Shown here in pieces: positions 38,828 to 47,968 of a DNA stretch of 64,000 nt. Made by a program: the position numbers and the translations under genes. How positions within the stretch are numbered: the first letter of the stretch is position 1; each line of letters opens with the position of its first letter. This DNA is from a bacterium (lineage in GTDB: Bacteria; Hinthialibacterota; Hinthialibacteria; Hinthialibacterales; Hinthialibacteraceae). The DNA is taken from positions 928,001 to 992,000 of the forward strand of contig CAXXMV010000006.1 of the NCBI GenBank assembly GCA_963662285.2, read 5' to 3'. The notes below the pieces were generated by a model. That model made no database searches and was not told the origin of the DNA. It was given only the letters and a program-made list of their open reading frames with translations.

Positions 38828-40144
38828 TTGATAGAAAAGATCAAAGTTCAAATCGCAGCGTTGTTTGCTTCTGATATTTCTAAATGGGCTATCCTGTTGT
38901 TTATGCTGGCATTGATTCCCCGGATACTGTGGGCTGTGACTGATCATCCCCGGCCTTTTTCCGATATGGAAGATTACTATTATTGCGCAATTAATCTGCT
39001 TAAAGGAGATTATCTGGCTCAGGCGCCCGACCGTCTTGCCTATCGCGCTCCCATGTATCCTTTGTTTCTTGCCGCTGTTATCCAAATATTTCCATCAAAT
39101 CCATTGGCCGCTATAAGAATTGTGCAATCAGTGCTTGGCTCGATATCAGCAGTACTGGTTTTCTTCATTACCAAATCATTGTTATATCAAAGTAAACGTT
39201 TGAAATTAGTTCATTTAGTTAATATCGCCTCATTCATCACCGGCCTGGCCTACGCCTGGATGGCTTATCCCATTTTTTTCAGTTCGGTGCTAATGACGGA
39301 AACCCTTTTCATCGTTATGTTGCTGATATGGATGCTATGGGGTATGCATTTAAACGAAGGTTCGAGCAATTGGAGCAAAACCGGCTTCTCAATCTTATTG
39401 GGTTTAATGGCTCTGGTTCGTCCCATTGCGCTGTTTTTTCTGCCCATCGCCTTATGGAGGATATACTCAATACTTCCAAAGAAAGACAATTCTTTCAAAT
39501 ATTTCGCAAATTATGCAGCCTTTGCGGCTTGGCTGCTGCCCATTCTGCCCTGGATGATCCGCAACATATTGGTTTTTAACACATTTGTTTTTATCACGAC
39601 AAATTCTGGAGTTAATCTATTTTTGGGCAATAATCCCACTTTCGGGTATTACGCCAGCGGCTATAAAGAAGAGATACGTAAAGAATTCATTGAAATTCAT
39701 GGCGCCGACGAAGCTGCTGAAGACCGCTTGTTTCTACGTTTGGGGGCCGATTACATTGCTCAACATCCAGCCGAAGCCCTGAAGCGATGCTGGTATAAGT
39801 TTTATTTTCTGAACCTGTTAGATAAAGAACCCTGGCCTTGGGAGGAATACAATAAAGGTCAGGGATTAAAATTCGCCTTCAATATAAACTGGCCTACCTT
39901 TCGATGGACGCCCTGGTTTCTTGTTTTGGCTCTCATCGGCATAATCAATGCGTCTATTTATAAATGTCGACATGCAATTATGCTGCAAGTTATTCTATGC
40001 TATACGCTTGCCTGCTTGATCTTCTTCGCCCGGACGAGGTTCCGGCTGCCATTGGAGCCAATACTGACGATCTATATGGGAGTGGGCGTCATGGCGCTTG
40101 TTGAGCAATTTCTTTGGGGCTATCGTAATCTTCTTAAAAAATAG
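38828..40144 (+). CDS. GT-C (ArnT/PMT, family 39-like) membrane glycosyltransferase
   Basis: D...Y...A.NL, RAPMYP, TETLF, PWMIRN, G.NL..GNNP, RFRLP. Confidence 0.8.
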   Translation: MIEKIKVQIAALFASDISKWAILLFMLALIPRILWAVTDHPRPFSDMEDYYYCAINLLKGDYLAQAPDRLAYRAPMYPLFLAAVIQIFPSNPLAAIRIVQSVLGSISAVLVFFITKSLLYQSKRLKLVHLVNIASFITGLAYAWMAYPIFFSSVLMTETLFIVMLLIWMLWGMHLNEGSSNWSKTGFSILLGLMALVRPIALFFLPIALWRIYSILPKKDNSFKYFANYAAFAAWLLPILPWMIRNILVFNTFVFITTNSGVNLFLGNNPTFGYYASGYKEEIRKEFIEIHGADEAAEDRLFLRLGADYIAQHPAEALKRCWYKFYFLNLLDKEPWPWEEYNKGQGLKFAFNINWPTFRWTPWFLVLALIGIINASIYKCRHAIMLQVILCYTLACLIFFARTRFRLPLEPILTIYMGVGVMALVEQFLWGYRNLLKK

Positions 40145-40181
40145 TGGATAATTTAGAAATATCAATATTTGAATAATCAGT

Positions 40182-40886
40182 TTGGAAGGATGCCGAATAA
40201 TGATCACTGGTCCCCGCGATTTGTATATACCCGCTGATAGTTGGAAAGAAATGGTGCGGATGGCAGCTCCTAATCCACAAGGAATGGATGTAGGATTCGC
40301 CAAAGCCCTGGATCAATTTGAGCGCTACTCTGCTACCATCGGCGGTGAAATTGGCGATTCCATCCAGCGCTGCCATGATCACCTGCAACGTTTCCTTGCC
40401 ACTGCGCAGGAAGTAATAAGCGCGGAATCCGGAGAAAATCCAGCAAGATTAGGAAGACCGCGTAATTTCGACTACGGCGACAAAGAACTTGTTTTTCAAG
40501 TATTCAACTACCAGGATAAAGATACGGTATCCATCCGGGAGGATCGATTCGCAACTATCCTGACCAATTACGACAGATTCCGGGATACTATGCATTTTAT
40601 GGAAAGAAAAGTCAAAGAAGGTAATCTGGGAATATTACAAAACACCTTCCTGTTTATCCATAAACCTCTAGAACAGGCGGCCCTGAATTTTGATAAAGCT
40701 ATAAATAAAACGCCGTTAGTTCACACAACTATAATCGGACAAGAAGCAGATCCTACTTATGTCCATATTTCAGGGACGGAGCCATCAAAAGAGGTCGATC
40801 CAGGTTTAATATGTAGAGTACTAAAACCAGGATACGCCTTTGAAGGCCGTGAAATTCAAGAGGGCGTTGTTATTGTTGCAGAATAA
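40182..40886 (+). CDS. Hypothetical protein with a GrpE-like C-terminal beta domain
   Basis: DPTYVHI...RVLKPGYAFEGREIQEGVVIV. Confidence 0.55.
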   Translation: MEGCRIMITGPRDLYIPADSWKEMVRMAAPNPQGMDVGFAKALDQFERYSATIGGEIGDSIQRCHDHLQRFLATAQEVISAESGENPARLGRPRNFDYGDKELVFQVFNYQDKDTVSIREDRFATILTNYDRFRDTMHFMERKVKEGNLGILQNTFLFIHKPLEQAALNFDKAINKTPLVHTTIIGQEADPTYVHISGTEPSKEVDPGLICRVLKPGYAFEGREIQEGVVIVAE

Positions 40887-41089
40887 TTTCAAGTTAAGCG
40901 GTCTATTGAGGTCGCTTTTTTCCATATTATACCTACCAGCAGGCAATTTTTACCGCCTGCTTTTTTATTGCTTAAATTAATCCCATAAATTTCAGGCAAA
41001 AATACTGGAAATATAAGATAAGTAATTTCAGTGTATTATATAGCACATCCCAACTTTTTTTTATAAAAATGAACCATAATATGTTTGGA

Positions 41090-41105
41090 TGGCACGTAGA
41101 TTGAT
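41090..41105 (+). promoter_or_regulatory. Sigma54 promoter
   Basis: TGGCACG-TAGA-TTGAT: perfect -24 box, -12 box TTGA instead of TTGC; predicted +1 near 41116. Confidence 0.65.
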
Positions 41106-41115
41106 ATAAGAGAGA

Positions 41116-41293
41116 GTGGGTGCTGTAGCGGAGGTTGTATTAGAACTTCGACAGGGAATTTCGAGTGAACTGCCGAGGTACCGAACAACCTTCGAGGGTC
41201 GAAGGTTTCAACAAAGTTGGTGGCGGAGCTACCCTAACCTTCGGTACACTGAAAAGACCGGATACAAGCGGAGCTTGATACCGGTCTTTTTTC
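41116..41293 (+). ncRNA. Putative structured sigma54-dependent small RNA
   Basis: GC-rich island in an AT-rich spacer; multiple complementary segments; ends in the terminator AAAAGACCGG...CCGGTCTTTTTT. Confidence 0.55.
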
Positions 41294-41507
41294 TTTTAAA
41301 TTTTTTGTATTGATTTTATTAGTATTATGTTAGAAATATATTAAAGAGCTTTAAGTTACTCTTCTATTAATAATAAATCCGCCCTATTCTCTCAAAGTAT
41401 ATGTCCAAATAGATATCCAATTGAGTTCAAAAAGGTGACTTGGCGCCTAAACGTTTTATCTCAATATCAAGCAAATTGCATAAGGTATGGAAGGTTATTA
41501 ATAAATC

Positions 41508-43097
41508 ATGACCATTGATTCTCCAATGTTCATTTATATTACAGGTAGTTTATCGGTATTAATGCTCATCTGGTTAACTATTGAAGTTGGTAGAAATGAT
41601 GCGGCTAATATTGTTAATGCGGTTTTCGGCGCGCGGGTTCTTCGGCGTAAAACAGCAGTTAGAATTGCAGCGCTCACAGTCATTATTGGCGCCTGGGCAT
41701 CATCGCCAGTCATGGAAACTGCCCGTAAAGGCATTTTCGACCCCGCATCGATTCCTGTGCAAGATGCTCTTTGCATCTACCTGGCTGTATATCTGGTAGA
41801 TACAGTTCTTCTCTTTTCATTCTCCTCTTTTGGAATGCCAATATCAACTACCGCATGTCTGGTCTTTTCGCTTCTAGGTGGAGGTTTCGCTTTAGGCGGG
41901 GCGGATACAATTCAATGGGACACAAGTATTAAGGTTATTTTCGCCATTATATGTTCAATATTCATCAGCGGCGCACTGGGTTTTCTTATCCAACGAGCAT
42001 TCCGGGGGGCAATCGGACAGGAATGTGAAGACCCTGTCAAAGTACGACTGCACGGCCCATGGATCGCAGGCGCCTTGCTGACAGGTTTAGTCTATTTCAT
42101 CCTGATGAAAGGCATGAAAAAACATTCTTCTAATTGTTTCTTTACGTCAGATGACTATTGATATTCTCGGCGCCCCGACAGTTCTTCTATTGGTTTGGAT
42201 TTTCCTATCCTTTATTATTTGGATTATTATTTACATTTGGAAAGACAAAGTATCCCGCAAGCTTTTTGCAGCCATGGCGATAATCGGAATGCTTGCCATC
42301 GCCATTGCCTTTGGACAAAACGATCTTGCCAATTGCGCCTCACCAGGGGTAGCTTCATGGATGATCCTGGAAAATGGATTAGAAAATGCCCATCTAGCCC
42401 ATGAATATCCAGTACGTCCCGAACTGTTGTTAATCTGTGGATGTTTACTTGCATTTGGCATGATGAGTAAAACAGCGCAGCGCGTGACTCGTTCGGCGGT
42501 TAATACCGGGAGTCAGGGTGACGTCGTCCGGCTTTATGCTCCTGAATGGTGCGTTAAAATTGCGAAATTTATTACTCCCCCGGCAAGATCATGACGAATC
42601 TCTGGCGCCTGAACCTGAATATACTCCAAAACATAAACTTCAGCATTACGATGCCCTTCGCGCTGCCGTTATTACATCAGTTTCTGCCAGCGTTATTGCA
42701 TTCGCTTCTGGCATGGGGCTTCCAGTATCTACTACTTACGTTGCGTTTGCAGCAGTTATTTCAACCGGATGGGCGGATAGAATATTCCAGCGCGGAGATG
42801 CTCAGTTAAAACTGGGACGGACTATCTGGGTTGTGTTCTGCTGGTTTTTTTCCGCTTTTGTAGCGGCGATATTTAGCGGCGTCACTGCCAAAACTATTAA
42901 TTTAATGGGAACTTTTTGGCATCATCCTCGTTCTGGTAATTAACTTGTATGTACGTTGGTATTTCAAAAATAAATCAGATCAACAGGAAGAAAGACTTCA
43001 AAAGGAAGCGGATGAACGTCGACAACAAATAGTTGATGATTCTTACGACTCAACACAGATGCTTTTCGATTGTGATATCGATTCTGAAGAAGAGTAG
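41508..43097 (+). pseudogene. PiT/PHO4 inorganic phosphate transporter split by three +1 frameshifts
   Basis: GRNDAAN, GMPISTT, FGQNDLAN, GLPVSTTYV; the shifted frame continues to TAG at 43095-43097. Confidence 0.8.
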
Positions 43098-43227
43098 TAT
43101 TAAGCGCATTCATGGGAGTGTGGTTTATTCTTGGCTCTTCACCCAAATCTTATTCGGGTCGGGGGGGGGGGGCATTGTAATTAACTTAGGTTGTTTTAAC
43201 ATCCCCCTCACCCTGCCTTCTCCCGAA

Positions 43228-43730
43228 GGGCTACTCTCCGTACACATTGTTGTGAAATTGAAGCAGTGGCAACACGCCTACCTCTGATAAACTGAAAAAA
43301 ACACTCTATCAATAACCAGAGAGCATCAAAAAGGGGAGCATCGGCTTCTAGCCGGTACGCCAATCCCGTCGGTTCTCTTCACACAAAAAAGAATACTTTT
43401 CCACGATTTCAACCAATCCCATCCTAACCGTTTGCTTCTTTTGATGAAAAACTTTTAATGCTATGAAGTATTGTTGTGATCGAATGATATCCAAGGTTTG
43501 AAATTTCCAATAGCGTAAGGAGGATGTGCACGTGATCCCGCATCACAACACAAATCGGTTATTCATTTTTCATCCCCCTATTTCCATGGAAATGATTATG
43601 CGTAAAGGGGCTCATTCTATTCTATTTGACACACCGGCTAGAAGCCGATGCTCCCCGATCTATGATGCTCCCCGATCTATGATGTTCCCGTTTCATTCTC
43701 CTCTTTTGATTTGTGTACGGAGAGTAGCCC
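43228..43730 (-). mobile_element. GGGCTACTCTCCGTACACA-TIR MITE with REP-flanked RAYT remnant (copy 2)
   Basis: Perfect 19-bp TIR; REP pair at 43333-43356 and 43633-43656; minus strand reads CVVMRDHVHILL...IKSFSSKEAN; sits in a family-B hairpin within degenerate IS4-like ends (about 43173-43761). Confidence 0.85.
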
Positions 43731-43761
43731 GATGAGAGAGGGGGCATGGTTAAACTACATT

Positions 43762-44874
43762 TCAGGAACGTCTGGATAGAAATTTTCTGGCTAAACTTTC
43801 ACCTTTTTTATCTCCGCCTTTTTTAGTTATTGAATCAATTAAAGACTGAGGATGACGCATGTGCATTTCCGCTTCCTCTCTGGTAATAAGTCCACGCTCA
43901 TAAAGACTGATTAACGAAGCGTCCATAGTTATCATGCCATCTTTGGCCCCGGTCTCAATTACGCTATAAAGTTGATGAGTTTTTCCTTCTCGAATAAGCG
44001 ATGCGGAGGCGTGAACGTTGCGCAGAATTTCGACGCTCAGTACGCGTCCATTACCAGAGGCTTTGGGGATTAAGCGTTGAGAAAACACCGACAGTAAACA
44101 CAATGACAACTGCACCCGCACCTGTTGCTGTTGGCGTTCTGGAAATACATCAATGACGCGGTCGATGGTTTGCACTGCGTCGTTGGTATGCAATGTGGCC
44201 AAAACCAGGTGTCCGGTCTCCGCAGCAGTCAAAGCGGCGGAAATTGTATCAAGGTCCCGCATCTCGCCTACCAGAATAACGTCGGGGTCCTGGCGTAAAC
44301 AATACTTGAGAGCAGTTGAAAATGAATGTGTATCTCCACCCAATTCACGTTGATCAATCACGCTGCTTTTATGATGATGAATATATTCAATCGGGTCTTC
44401 AACCGAAATTATATGGCAGCACTTGTTGGTGTTGATCAGATCAATCATGGAGGCCATAGTGGTTGATTTACCATGACCAGTCGGACCGGTGATGAGGATC
44501 AAACCCTGAGGCGCAAAGGAAAGATCATAAACCAGCGGCGGCAGGCCTAAAGTCTTTAATTTGGGGATATCACTTGAAATCGGGCGAAAAGCGGCAGCCA
44601 CGCAGCCTTTTTGTAAATAAATATTGACGCGAAAGCGATGTTCGATTCCCATACCCAGAGAAAGATCAAGTTCCTTTTCTTCCTCGAATCTCATACGTTG
44701 CTGCTCATTAAGAAGACTATATACCAAGCGCTTCACTTCTTTAGGAGACAAAACGGGAAAATCCATTTGCCTAAAGGTTCCGTCAACCCGGTTCATGGGA
44801 GGCGCTCCGGCAGTCAATAACAAATCAGAGGCGCCAATGCGGGTAGTTATTTCAAACAGGTCAGATATTTCCAT
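43762..44874 (-). CDS. pilT: Type IV pilus retraction ATPase
   Basis: GPTGHGKSTT, EDPIEY, LRQDPDVILVGEMRD, AAETGHLV.ATLHT. Confidence 0.93.
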   Translation of the reverse strand: MEISDLFEITTRIGASDLLLTAGAPPMNRVDGTFRQMDFPVLSPKEVKRLVYSLLNEQQRMRFEEEKELDLSLGMGIEHRFRVNIYLQKGCVAAAFRPISSDIPKLKTLGLPPLVYDLSFAPQGLILITGPTGHGKSTTMASMIDLINTNKCCHIISVEDPIEYIHHHKSSVIDQRELGGDTHSFSTALKYCLRQDPDVILVGEMRDLDTISAALTAAETGHLVLATLHTNDAVQTIDRVIDVFPERQQQQVRVQLSLCLLSVFSQRLIPKASGNGRVLSVEILRNVHASASLIREGKTHQLYSVIETGAKDGMITMDASLISLYERGLITREEAEMHMRHPQSLIDSITKKGGDKKGESLARKFLSRRS

Positions 44875-45182
44875 GCCGTAATGCTCCTTGATCTAATAAG
44901 GTTATATCATTAATAGTAATCATAACTTGATATATTGTCGATAAAATATTGTTTGATTTAGAGCGATTCTCAAAACAAAATGCGTCAATGCGCATATATT
45001 TTTGTTAACCGCTCTAGATTGGTTTTCATAATAATATTCTGATTCACGACGATCGCTCTAACCCAATGAACGATACATCAATACATAAGGTTTAGAGTAG
45101 TTCATAAAAATAAATAAAAAAACCTCCAAGAATGACTGTGGAAATTCCAGGAGGTTTCTATTTATGTTCAAGGTTATAAAGT

Positions 45183-46358
45183 TTACGGCTTGAAAGTCAC
45201 GCTTTTTTGAACTACCGGAGACCAGATGCCAGCTTTATTTTGAGCAGCCACCATGAAATAGTATTCCTGGTATACCGGCGGTTTTAAGAAAGGGATGCTG
45301 ATAAAGTTCTTTTTGACGTCAATCTTTCTCTGAAAAGGTTTGCGTCTATCCTGGGTAAAAAAGCAGGCGTATCCTTCGATGTCGGCAATATCATCCTGAG
45401 ACTCTGTCCATCTCCAATCTATGCTGATCGGTTTTAATTCATATTTCAGGTCAGTTGGCGCAGAGGGTGGAGTTTCATCAATTGTCGTCGCAATGAAATC
45501 ACGGTTTTTCCATAAACGAACCGCATCGATTCGCATCAAATAGTCTTGAGTCAGGTCGATTTGATGAATCGGTTTAATAAAAGCCAGTGTTTGAATATCC
45601 TGGCGGTTTTCCGGTTCGCCCAGGAATTCATTCAGGTCAACGATAATGGAATGCCATTGGTTGATTTTATCACTATCCTCAGCAAAACGGGTAATGGGTG
45701 AGCGGACTCCAACTTTTGAAGATTCAATCCATAATTCCATACCATCAGGAATATTGCCGAAATAATAAAATTCCAAATAACGATAAGAAGACCAATCACG
45801 GGCAGCGATATCTTTAGTAAAACGAAGCCCGATCAATGCATCCAGGGGTATTTTATCTTTATCTTCATTTGCATAATGAGAACTGAAAGAGAACTGAAAG
45901 CAACCTTTCCCTTGAATCGCTGCATTCTGGTGCAATTGCACTGATCGCCTGAAGCCTCCGACTGAAACAACCGGAGCAATGCTAGATCCCTTGCCAGAGA
46001 AATCGAAATCGGCCAGTTCTATCATTTCTCCGCCTCCAGAAGAAAAAGCCGCTGATCGAAACTCCACTTTCTGACCGTGAGTTCCTTGATAGTATCCTTG
46101 GGTGGCTGAGGTTAATTCCAAACCAGATATTTTTTCCCAAGGGCCTGGTTTATCTTCTGTGATCAAACGATGATAAATAGAATAAGAGACATCGTGGACT
46201 GTTTCATCACAGCCCCATTGCAATAATAAATTATTCGGAGAATATGGCGAAATAGGTTTAATAGTTGAAGACGGAGCGGCGGCCAATACTGGCGAGACTC
46301 CAAGAAATAAGATTGATATGCAGAATCCGAAGGCGAGAAGGCTTCTCATCGATAACAT
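45183..46358 (-). CDS. Secreted protein with CBM-like and fibronectin-III-like domains
   Basis: Signal peptide; DWSSYRYL.F, IDAVRL, DETPPSAP..., AAQNKAGIWS. Confidence 0.6.
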   Translation of the reverse strand: MLSMRSLLAFGFCISILFLGVSPVLAAAPSSTIKPISPYSPNNLLLQWGCDETVHDVSYSIYHRLITEDKPGPWEKISGLELTSATQGYYQGTHGQKVEFRSAAFSSGGGEMIELADFDFSGKGSSIAPVVSVGGFRRSVQLHQNAAIQGKGCFQFSFSSHYANEDKDKIPLDALIGLRFTKDIAARDWSSYRYLEFYYFGNIPDGMELWIESSKVGVRSPITRFAEDSDKINQWHSIIVDLNEFLGEPENRQDIQTLAFIKPIHQIDLTQDYLMRIDAVRLWKNRDFIATTIDETPPSAPTDLKYELKPISIDWRWTESQDDIADIEGYACFFTQDRRKPFQRKIDVKKNFISIPFLKPPVYQEYYFMVAAQNKAGIWSPVVQKSVTFKP

Positions 46359-46578
46359 CCATCCTTTGACTAATATTTACACAAGAATACGGGATTAAAC
46401 ATTATAAGTAACGACGCAGTTTGAATCAAAGCCATTGGAATATCTATTCTCACTTAAAAATCTGGAAAAGATTGGCTTTTTGGGAATTTCGATGCGATAA
46501 TACGTGGATATATCGTTGATAATTGTTTTACTATCAAAATTGTTGTATAAATTTATTTAATTCCACAGGAGGATAGCA

Positions 46579-47103
46579 ATGAACTTTACCGAATTATTGA
46601 AATCAGAAATGGTATTAGCCTACAAAACAACCGAAAACCTGATGGATTTGGTTGATGCAGACCAACTGGATTGGAAACCATCCCAGGAGAATAACTGGAT
46701 GACGATGGGGCAATTGCTCAGGCATATCTCAGATGCCTGCGGCGGAGGCTTCAAAGGCTTTGTGACCGGTGATTGGGGAATGCCTAAAGATGTTGACGTC
46801 AGCAAACTTTCTCCTGAGGAGATGCTGCCGCCAGCGGAAAAATTTCCGTCGGTCGATAGCCTGGATCAAGCCAGGAAAATGCTGGCCGATGATAAGCAAC
46901 TGGCTTATGAAATGCTAGAGAAATGTAACGAAGATGACCTGAATAACAAGATCATAACCGCCCCCTGGGATCCGACGGAGAAAATCATGGGCAGCCAAAT
47001 GCTGATGATCGTAACCCACTTGACTCAGCATAAGTGCCAATTATTCTATTATCTGAAATTACAAGGCAAGCCAGTTAATACCGGGCATTTATGGGGTATG
47101 TAA
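46579..47103 (+). CDS. DinB/YfiT family protein
   Basis: LDWKP....TMGQLLRH; HLTQHKCQL..YLK..G. Confidence 0.85.
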   Translation: MNFTELLKSEMVLAYKTTENLMDLVDADQLDWKPSQENNWMTMGQLLRHISDACGGGFKGFVTGDWGMPKDVDVSKLSPEEMLPPAEKFPSVDSLDQARKMLADDKQLAYEMLEKCNEDDLNNKIITAPWDPTEKIMGSQMLMIVTHLTQHKCQLFYYLKLQGKPVNTGHLWGM

Positions 47104-47181
47104 TAACATTACTTGATGTCTATGGAAGGGAGATAGGTGATGAGCGCCTTCTCCCTTCTTGGATTTGAGTAAGAAAATTTA

Positions 47182-47928
47182 GTGAATAAGGAAAATTTGG
47201 GAATGAAATCAGAAGACATGAATATTAAGAATACTCCCTTTTCACGTTTGGTTGTTGAAGATGAGGATCTTTCCCTCGCTCGCAGTGAGTATGCATCATT
47301 ATCAGATAGGGAAAGATGGTCTGCGGCTGATTATCAATATCATTCCAGCATCGCATCCGATATGTTTAATCAGGCGATAGGAATGATTAATGATGAGGAG
47401 GTGGAGTTGTACTATGGTGAACTGCTGGCCTTGGCAATTGATCCCAAATATGCTCCTGCTCTTTTATCTGTGGGGACGATTGAATATTACTATGGAAGGC
47501 CTGAGGAAGGCATGAAATATTTATGTGAACTCGCAGCCTTGCCGCCCGATACTGAAGATATTGCTGAAATAATTGATAAGGCGGGCGATTTTCTAACTGG
47601 AAACCAGGATTATGAAGGCGCCTTAATATTGTATGAGGCTGCATCTAACAAAAATCCTGATGAACCAATATACCACGATGGCTTGAGCTATTGCCGTGGT
47701 AAATTAGGACAATACCAACTAGCAGTAGATGAAGCCCGGATTACTGTTGATCTTGAACCTGATAACCATATTTACTTATCAAATCTGGGTTGGTCGCTTG
47801 TAGAAGCAGAAGAATACGATGAAGCGCAATCTGTCCTTGAGCGGGCTGTCGAATTGTCGCCTTCAGATTATGATATGGCTCAAGCAAACCTTGATGAATT
47901 ACTCAAAAGAAAAAAGAAGAAACGATAA
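47182..47928 (+). CDS. Tetratricopeptide repeat protein
   Basis: Repeated A..L.P..., YLSNLG...A...LE.A..L.P motifs. Confidence 0.8.
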   Translation: MNKENLGMKSEDMNIKNTPFSRLVVEDEDLSLARSEYASLSDRERWSAADYQYHSSIASDMFNQAIGMINDEEVELYYGELLALAIDPKYAPALLSVGTIEYYYGRPEEGMKYLCELAALPPDTEDIAEIIDKAGDFLTGNQDYEGALILYEAASNKNPDEPIYHDGLSYCRGKLGQYQLAVDEARITVDLEPDNHIYLSNLGWSLVEAEEYDEAQSVLERAVELSPSDYDMAQANLDELLKRKKKKR

Positions 47929-47968
47929 AGTTGTTGACAATATTGTATTCCAATCACCAAACCACTCA

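Noticed and set aside
41116-41293. Assignment as lysine riboswitch, glmS ribozyme, T-box or SRP RNA
   Set aside because: Only fragmentary word matches (GCCGA, GGAGCTAC, GGTGG); core consensus elements are missing.
41116-41313. 65-aa ORF MGAVAEVV...
   Set aside because: No RBS, it runs through a terminator hairpin, and it has no recognisable motif; the RNA interpretation fits better, though a leaderless peptide is not excluded.
43033-43735. ORFs 43033-43287 and 43526-43735
   Set aside because: They read through a G12 tract and MITE/REP sequence, antisense to the RAYT remnant.
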